Translations under genes and position numbers: made by a program
The notes under the pieces: generated by a model
What the model was told of the DNA's origin: nothing
Seen by the model: the letters and a program-made list of their open reading frames with translations, nothing else
Database searches by the model: none
Part shown: piece after piece, positions 52,009 to 64,000 of the stretch
Numbering within the stretch: the stretch's first letter is position 1
Layout of the letters: every line of letters starts with the position of its first letter
Assembly (NCBI GenBank): GCA_951406725.2
Contig: OX597831.1
Coordinates: 45,508,001 to 45,572,000, forward strand
From: Octopus vulgaris
Taxonomy: Eukaryota
Reading direction: 5' to 3'
Length of the DNA stretch: 64,000 nucleotides

Positions 52009-52660
52009 ATATATATATAAATCGAAAGACACCTGTTGTTTATGTCATGTTATTTGTATTTGTGTAACATTCTCCGTTTTTTTTTTTTCGTCCTTGTTTT
52101 CGTATACAATCACTGCTTTCTTCCAAGGAATCTAATGCTCTTAGCTTAGTTTTTCCTTGGGGTTGGCCAGATTGGAGCAATCTCGAGTATAACCAGCCGA
52201 AATTGCAAAGATAATCTCGAACTCGACTGAGGAAAGAAAACTCAGAATGACCCGTCCTTGTTTTCTTTGTATCGTCTATCTGGATGTTTTGTTATCTCTT
52301 TTTTGTATCACCTAACTGTCTGGATGTTTTGCGTTCTTGTCCCATTCTGTATTATATATTTATATCCAATGAAAAGAACAAGGCAAAAAAAATTCTTTAA
52401 CACATCTTTAAACATAAATTACAAATTTTTCCGTACCATGTCCATTTGCAGCCGTAATATTTGCGGTTTTAAACATTGGAGAGGCATTTCATTAGATTTG
52501 TATAAAAAGGTATGCTAATATTGTGAAGCTTGGATTTTCTACATCTGAAATATTTCGACTTTGGCTTGGACCCCGACAGTGTTTACAGCTCGGTATTCGG
52601 TTTGAGCGCTTCTCTGGAAATACCCCCAACGTCACACCCAACCTGACCATAGCTATGTGC

Positions 52661-52699
<39 letters not shown>

Positions 52700-52720
52700 T
52701 TTGTGTTTCTATGTGTATAT

Positions 52721-52773
<53 letters not shown>

Positions 52774-53633
52774 TACATACATACACACACATGCATGTAT
52801 TTGTGTGTGTGTGTGTGTGTACATACATACATATATAGTCTTCTACTATATGGTAATTTGAACATTCCTTGTGTACATGTGCTATGATTTAAAGCAATCG
52901 TATTTTCGTTTTTGTGAAGTTTGGTGATATCTATAAAATGTATAATTGTTATACTGGGCCGATTTTTATGAAGCTTGGTAGAATGAAATAAACCACATGA
53001 TTGAATTTAGAAAGAACAAAATATGAATTGAATATTACGGAATTAATTTTGCCTTTTTAGATGTTTTACTTTGGAACATTCAATATGATGCGTAGAAGAC
53101 AACCTAATTCTTTTCAATCATCTGAAGCCTGACGCTCAAGAAGAAAAAGGGCTAGGCAAACAGGAAGAAAGACAGGACAGGTTCCAATCACAGAGACAAC
53201 GAAATGCCGTGGAGACACAAGAGCAACGAGAAGTAAAACTTCAGTTTGAGACAATCAGACAAACCCTCTTGAGAAAACATGAGACACAAGAGTAGAAACG
53301 ACGGAGATTGGAGATTGGAGTCTCAAAGCGATAGAAAAGGCCGCTTAAGAGAACAGGTGTTAACAGAACAACTTTAAAGTAAGTTAGCCAGAAATGCCCA
53401 CTCCAGAGAACAACGGCAAGTCAGGTCGGAATTTAGACCTTTTTCTAGTGAAGAATGGCGACTAGCATCCTTTAACTACGATGTCACACATGGGCATTAC
53501 TATAGATGATTTATGAACCAAAGTCCCTTAAGGGATGCGAGCATCGTAGTTCACCGGTTTATACCAGCGTTCAGAGAAAACCTAGTATATTAGTTTATCA
53601 CTGAAATGTATAGGTATTTAAATAAACCTTTTT

Positions 53634-54867
53634 AAATAAGAAAGTGAAGAAAATGGATAAACATTTGCGTACTGATGTTTTTATTGAAAGACATTCAAAT
53701 TCATAAATAGAAATCCCTACTTACAGCTGTTTCCATACCCAATTCTTTAATTTCAGAAATAAAATTACATATCCGAAACCAGTGAATTGGGTATATCCTC
53801 AGGGAGAATCTCAAAAAGAAGTCATTAAACAACGTGTAGGCTAACCTACGACAAACTCAGAATTGTGTGTCTATGTGTTTTTTTTTAACGCAAGCGTTCC
53901 ATACAAACCGTCATTACTACATATATACAAAAATAAACACATTCAACACATCCTTGCTCGTGCCAATATGATACACAATAGTTCATTAATGGTTATCAAT
54001 GAACCATCAATGGAAATTAAGATAGAGACATTATCGAGAGAAAAAAAAATAGTAGATAAAACTAGTGAATGGGGGAGAAAGTTATATATTGATTGTTAAG
54101 GTGATAGCAGCTAGATACGTCAATTCGTTGCGCATATTCCTGTCAATTAAACTACAAATTATCAAAATATATTATATCAAACTCCACCCAAATCCATCCA
54201 AAATTCCAACGTCAAACAATGTCTACTCAAATACACGGTCTATACGTACCAAGTAAACCCAAACGGAACCCACATATTACCAGATTTTACCTACTGAAAA
54301 TCTACACACATATCTCTTTAATATAAGCAATTATCAATGACTACTACAAACCTAATGATAGTTCCTGAATGTCCATTTTGATGCATGGACACAAGAAAAT
54401 CCAATTTCCATCTTAGTATTTGATAGACGTCTTCTAGAAAATAAAATCAAATACAGTTCTTCTAAACAAAGAAAGCAGAAAGACTTTCTAGGTTTACAAG
54501 TAGTGGCCCTGCTTATAATTTCCCATAATTTTTGTTATCCTTTAAATCCCAAATAATTTTACTAAGGCTAGCGGAAGCAGATCTATTTTTATTATTAAAG
54601 GTATAAATGTGGTTAGAAACATGTTTTCTAATAAAAATTTTGCGTAGCACCAATATAAACGTAATTTCTACCTTCAGAATATACCTTACACCTGTAAACA
54701 ACATTTTTCCGTTTACAATGTATACGCAATTCACTGGTTTCGAATATGGAATTTTATTTCTGAAATTAAAGAATTGGGTATGAAAACAGCTGTAGTTAAG
54801 AGTTTAATGCCTTTAAAAAAAAACATCAGTACGTAAATTTTTATCCATCTTCTTCATTTTCCTATTT
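53634..54867 (-). mobile_element. Decayed PLE with inverted terminal arms, GIY-YIG relic and hammerhead
   Basis: Inverted arms about 53634-53795 and 54721-54867. Minus peptide SNHIYTFNNKNRSASASLSKIIWDLKD parallels NNHTLSFRHWNKRKATQLSNHIWSLRD of the 37-kb ORF. Minus 53722-53802 reads CTGAGGA-tatacccaatt...aattgggtatg-GAAA-CAGCTG-TA. Confidence 0.7.
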
Positions 54868-54871
54868 GAAT

Positions 54872-55236
<365 letters not shown>

Positions 55237-55808
55237 AAAGAGCTGACACAAGCTCGGTATATACTAAGCTTAACTGGAACCCTGATCCCACACTGGCTCT
55301 ACACCCTTTTCTTCAGTTGTTCAAAAGACCTGGTTGAATTTTCCAGTCTTAGGGGCATGTCATTGTCTAAGAATCCATCTCTCGAGAATGTATCATCAAA
55401 GTAGATGAGCTAATGTACAGCATTTGGACGTTAACCATACACAAGAATATTTTGTCCACCATCTACCTTGCCTGGAACCGGCTGATGCATGTTGACAGTC
55501 TACGTTATTTACACTGTTTTAAGGCCCCAAACCGAAAAAGCTTACAAGAAGTGCATAAAATCTCCATTACATATTCTGACCATCCCCTCCCCACAAAAAA
55601 ACCCAGTTCAGAAGGTGCAGCTGTGGCTGTGTGGTAACGAGCTCGCTCCCCAACCACAGGGTATCGGGTTCAGTCCCACTGCGTGGAACCTTGGGCAACT
55701 GTCTTCTACTATAGCCTTAAGCTTATTGAAGCTTTGTGAGTGAATATAAACACAGAATCTGAAATATGTGTGTGTGTGTGTGTGGAGGCGCAATGGCCCA
55801 GTGGTTAG

Positions 55809-55895
<87 letters not shown>

Positions 55896-56349
55896 CTGTG
55901 TCTGTCCTCCCCATTACCGCTTGACAACCGCCGTTGGTGCGTTGGTACACATGAAGTTAGACCGGTGATTATAATATTGTATCATGTATTTTCTTTCATA
56001 CATTCCATTATACCACTTGGTAGTATTCCTTTCTTTCAGTTTAAAGGATTAACTTCTGATTGGCAGATATCGGATTTAGCATTGCCGGATCCGTTCGTGG
56101 AACAAATGTTTTTGCTTCTGTAGAAGCAGCCTTTTCCACATGTGTTTGTTGGTTTGTGCAATATGATGTTCTTCATATCTGAACTGTAATTGTAACCCAA
56201 CAGGAAGGTATGCTAAATAGGCGCAAATATGGCTGCTTAGTGGTTTTGTATTCAATCCCACTCCGCAGCACCTTTGACATTTGTCTACGACTATTTCAGG
56301 CCTTGTGCTTATAATAGAAAGTAGAAAGGATTATGTGAAACAGCTAAAT

Positions 56350-56990
56350 CAAAATCAATCCAAATGGGTTTTTCGCCAAGTACATCTAAGCTATGTAAAA
56401 GAATAAGGCCGCAAACATCCGTTCTGTTAGACGTGCCCATCCTCATATCGAAGGACCTGTTAAGGTCGGATATTTTTACCCATACCAGTCAGAAATAATG
56501 TTTTGGAAGCATTATTATTATTATTATAATTTCTTTCTTTTTTTTATCATTTCTATGTATGAGTTTACATAATTTTACGAAATCTGACACCTTAAAAAAT
56601 AAAGATTTGGTGATAGATAGGTGAAAGTCTACTTTGTCAAATCGTGTAAACTTCGCATTATGTTTGATTTTCGACATCGCCAATCCAGTCAATTACTGAG
56701 CCACTGTTATTCCTTAGAAGAGGTTAATCGCTTTTAATGTTATAATTAATGCTGCTAAATATTTTCCTTCGTTTCTTTCTTTTTGTTTTGTTGTTGTTAT
56801 TAATTAATTCGACTTCAAATTTAGCGAAATTTATTAGTCTATATTTCGGCTTAGAATCGAAGTCACCCTTGTTATCTTTGATAATGATTGACTTCTGGCA
56901 CTTGGCTAATACCTCTGTGTTCAACTACAAGTTTTTTTCTTCTTTAATTAAGGTCTTCGTTTCTCCATTACTATTGGCATAAGTTTGCGT
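56350..56990 (-). pseudogene. Decayed PLE RT, N-terminal/core region
   Basis: IIIKDNKGDFDSKPKYRLIN, FDKVDFHLSITKSL and WVK...SFDMRMGTS...DVCGLI. The last parallels WVK...AFDVSMGSY...ICDLI in the 37-kb ORF. Confidence 0.7.
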
Positions 56991-57181
56991 GTAAGTTCTC
57001 ATAGAACTTTGAGTTAAATCTCCAATATAAATGAGAATGTGTGTGTGTGTATGTATGTGTATATGTCACGGAAAGGCTCCGAAACGGAGAGAAAAATGGA
57101 TTTGATTTTCGAAAATATCAAAAGATTTTTTTGGCTATTAGTAATCAAAAAAGGTAACTCATGTTTACCTTAATGTGTGTA

Positions 57182-57261
<80 letters not shown>

Positions 57262-58074
57262 TGAGTCAGTGAGTCAGTGTTCATGTGCGTGAATATATGT
57301 ATGTATCTACGAATGTGTTTACGTGTACATATGTCTCCCTTGACCACAAGTGGCCTGAACTCTTTACATGAACACCACCCTGTACATAACTCCATGTCCC
57401 CCTACATGGCCTTGCTTTTTGCTTTTTGAGCCAAAAACTAACTAACTAACTAACATAGGAAGTGACATTTTAAAAACGTCTTTGGTGCCCATTACAAATG
57501 CGCCATTTGAAAATAACAGGCCAGTATTTATTTTCCATGCGTACACAATAATTCATCCTTATTGGTCAAATGGGTGGGCGAATTATTTACATTTTGTAGC
57601 CTTCTTCCTGTTAGAACTCATGCATTGTAATGGAGAGATGATGAAAGATTGCGAGTAGGTAAAGTGATTCAAGTACAAATAACGAGTCCGTTTAATGAAA
57701 TTGAATGCATTCGTTCATACATGTATGTCAGTATTATTAATCCGACCCAAAACAAGTAATATCTTGATAGTGTGTATTGAAATACTGCAATAGTAACACT
57801 TTTATATCATTTCACTCTTTTGTTCCTATGTAGATGCATAAAAAGCAAGAAATTTTACTTGGGGAATAGAATCGAAAGACCCTCGCAAAGCATCAGCAGC
57901 GAGCTCAGGATACAACCGAATAGTGAAGGAATGGATTTGACGATATCCGAACACGAGCCTCTGTCAGACGGTTTCAGGAGACACGCGAGCATAGGATGCA
58001 TCGATTAGCTGACAAACGCACTAAAACCTTTGTTGCACAGACTCGGGAGACTACTCTCGCTTCAATTCAAACTA

Positions 58075-58640
58075 TTGGGTTGTCTGGAAAGTTCGTGCCG
58101 ATTTTTAAAGTAAAGAAAAAGGTCAATAAATACTTGCCATTACATTTATAATCAACCAAATATGAACCATTTTCTTGCACAATGCGTCTCCATCTTTCCT
58201 TTCACTTGAAAATACCCCATTCCCAGAATTGAGGTGGTTTCATGGGAAAAAATTCATCAAAGTATCTTTTTACGTCAGCCAAGGAATTGAAATGTTTACC
58301 ATTAAGACTATTCTGCAGAGACCTGAATAAGTGGAAATCCGAAGGAGCAATATCTGGTGAATATGGAGGGTGGGGTAACACATCCCAGCCGAGCTGCAGC
58401 AATTTTTGTCTGGTTCTCAAAGCATCAAGTGCCGAAAATGAACTTTCTTATCTTCCATTTTAAAGGGTTATAGAATTAACACAGGTTATAGGAACATAAA
58501 CTTTCTTCCGCGAAAAGATAGCTTAAACTGTGCTCTAAATGGAAGTGTAGTCAAATCCTATTTCATGGACTGAACCATGTTCTAAAATAAGTCGAAAGGT
58601 AAGCTACTATAAATCGGCACGAACTTTCCGGACAACCCAA
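58075..58640 (-). mobile_element. Internally deleted mariner retaining the C-terminal YSPDIAPSD region
   Basis: Same TIR family as 40331-40904, with TA flanks. Peptide LGWDVLPHPPYSPDIAPSDFHLFRSLQN. Confidence 0.92.
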
Positions 58641-60206
58641 TACTTCAATTTTCATCAAAAAATCACAAGGGCAAACATTTTCGGTAGCCGGGGTTTATAC
58701 CTTGAAGAGCCCTGCTTCAAACATGGTCAGCTTTACGTTCGATGTTCAAGAGTAAGGAATAAGAAAAATCTTTGCATCTATGCAACCAAATGAAAAAGCA
58801 AAGAAACATCGTTTATCGAGACATTACAAATCGCCCCAAATAATACAGAAATCCGTTCTGACCAAGAGGCAGATTGGTCGGTGGGGAGACATGGTCTGTT
58901 ATGGAAAAAAAAATATTGAAATAAAAGCATTCTGGTATGAAAATTGCGCGGCAACGACGGGCTTCTCAACTAGTCATTAGTAATTATTTAAGTAAATTAT
59001 ACTCATATCATTTTTTTTTTATCAGAAAAGAAATACTACAGCTTCCCCCCATCCGTTTTGTTTTTCCAAAGTTTATAATGTCTGCAGCGAGATTATATTG
59101 TAAAAGCTTTGAAACTTTAGAAATTTTAGACTAAGTATAATGTTAAAGTGTTTTGATTTCATGTTTCTAGATCCTTGTTACTCTCCCTGCACATCACGTA
59201 GTATATTACAGCAGTCTCTTGTCCGTTTAAGTGGGTATCTTTCGCAAGCACCGAACCCGTATATTTATTTATTCACAACCAGTTGTATACTTATATTACA
59301 GATCATGAAAAATCTACGGTCTATTGTAGGTACTCTAGTATTGTCGGATCGTTATCCTTGTAATTTTATGCAGATAAGTTTGTGTCTCGACCTATATTTC
59401 AGTCTTTCTTAATAAGTGGTTTTCAGCTTCTGTCATCGGTCGCTAGGGAAAGTTGAAGAAAGTTCGATGAATTGATAGAATAACAATGAGTTTGATCGGT
59501 TCAACCTCATCAAGGTCTGTTAAAAAGATCTCGCATTGCTCTATGTATCTGGTATTGAGTAGAAATCAGAGTAAGGCGAAGAATTTTGCAAGGCGGAACA
59601 AAACAGCTTTCGGTGTCTACTCAAAATTCAAAAAGGATGTAATTTTTTTATTTTTTATTTTGGTTATGAGAAGGAACCGTCAACTATTCGGGACGGCAGA
59701 AGGCCGGACAGTATGACAGTTTTCTCCTTCCGTGGCGGTAGGTCCCTCATCTGAGATGCCACATGCTGTGACACCTTCTCCAGAGGCAACCTGGTGTTGT
59801 CAGCTACGAGCCCAAGCTCCGCTGCGTGTCAGGCTGAGAGAAAAAAGAAAAACTGTCTAGGTATCGGTCGCTCTCCGACAGGTTTATGGTCGAGCCTGCG
59901 ACAGCTGGGACCTCCGGCGTTCCTGACCCCAGGACCATATCTCCGCTCACCGCTACCGAGGTAGAGATTGCTCTCCGCAAGTGCGAGACCTGTGAGTCAG
60001 AGTGGCTGTTCGAGCGCATCTCTCTTACCATCCTCCGAGACAACGCCTTTTCCATTTTGTCTGCTGGTGCCATGAGAAATGTTTTTATATTGTGAGAGGC
60101 AAAATTCTCCGTTAATCTTTCCCTCTTATTCTACACCCCCCCTCCTTTATTCAGAAGCCCACTGCTTGGCTACCAGGAGACTTCGAACTGGCTGTACTGG
60201 ATAAAA

Positions 60207-60437
60207 GGCGGCGAGCTGGCAGACACGTTAACGCGCCAGGCGAAATGCTTAGCGGTATTTCGTCTGTCGTTACGTTCTGAGTTCAAATTCCGCCGAGGTC
60301 GACTTTGCCTTTCATCCTTTCGGGGTCGATAAATAAAGTACCAGTTTCGCACTGGGGTCGATGTAATCGACTCAATCCCTTTGTCTGTCCTTGTTTGTCC
60401 CCTCTATGTTTAGCCCCTTGTGGGCAATAAAGAAATA
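60207..60437 (+). mobile_element. SINE family B (MetaSINE-like), full length with perfect 14-bp TSD
   Basis: TGTACTGGATAAAA at 60193-60206 and 60438-60451. Confidence 0.9.
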
Positions 60438-60959
60438 TGTACTGGATAAAATGCAAAATTTCAAATGCTTACAGCTTCTTTATTTATAAATTTCTCGCGG
60501 TGGATGGTGGTGGAAGATGAATGCAAGTTTTCGTCATCAGCATACAAACAACATCAACATTTTTTTTTAAATAATCGGGTAAAAAGTTGAAAAATTTGAA
60601 GTGGTTGGAAGAAATTTAACAACATCCGCCTCAAGTGAGTTTCTGAGCTCAAGCAGGCCTATTGGTAACAGACATTCCAGCTGAGGCCATCTCGACTTTT
60701 AGACACATAATGCAGCTTATACGACTATATTATACGAAATGTCATTTCCTTGTTATATTTTAGTTTCTTTTCTATCCAAGTCGGTATGATATGATATGAG
60801 GGAGATTTGGCTGCTATTTCTAGCTGATCGAGCTACCTCGATAGAGGCTGCCTCGTTGGTTTGGCAACTGTGTTGTGATTGAAAGTCTAAGAGTCAAAGG
60901 TACTCACGTAAATTATAAAAATCGGCTGTTCTCAAACGCACCGACACATAGAATTACGC

Positions 60960-63730
<2,771 letters not shown>

Positions 63731-64000
63731 TTTGATATTCTTTCCGAAGAATCCTCTGTGGAACATCATTATAAAACGCTTCCTAACAAACTCGCCAAGA
63801 ATCACACCTTCGAACGCAAGCGCAGCTGAGATCAGTCCCAGAAGGAGTTTGTCTTCACAGTAATATCATGAATTTCATGTTTTGCAATGCTGCAATGAAA
63901 AAGCAATGTCTTCAGGTATTAGTATTATTATTGAAAGGGGTGAAACAGAAAGTTACAATTACGAAGCAGAAAGCGAATTTTATAAAGCTCCATCCTTTTT

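Overview
AT-rich, microsatellite-saturated, non-genic eukaryotic DNA. The SINE content, with MetaSINE- and V-domain-like motifs, suggests an octopus or other cephalopod; this is inference. I see no host protein-coding gene, and nearly all ORF-track entries are translated microsatellites or SINEs. The window is a patchwork of tRNA-derived SINEs, fragments of RTE, Dong/R4-type, mariner, hAT-MITE and Helitron elements, and a tRNA-Gly(TCC)-like copy. The most notable content is a Penelope-like element (PLE) and hammerhead ribozyme (HHR) system. It includes a young 3-kb fold-back PLE at 35.4-38.5 kb (partial RT plus GIY-YIG) with an HHR in each arm and two decayed PLE relics. Many short non-coding elements, mostly in (TA)n tracts, carry minimal type I HHR motifs. 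Among these are several fold-back elements, a 352-nt-period retrozyme-like partial tandem (44.8-45.35 kb) and a tRNA-headed element with an HHR-bearing 3' end (51.15-51.5 kb). All calls were made by eye without searches or folding software, so boundaries of decayed elements are approximate.
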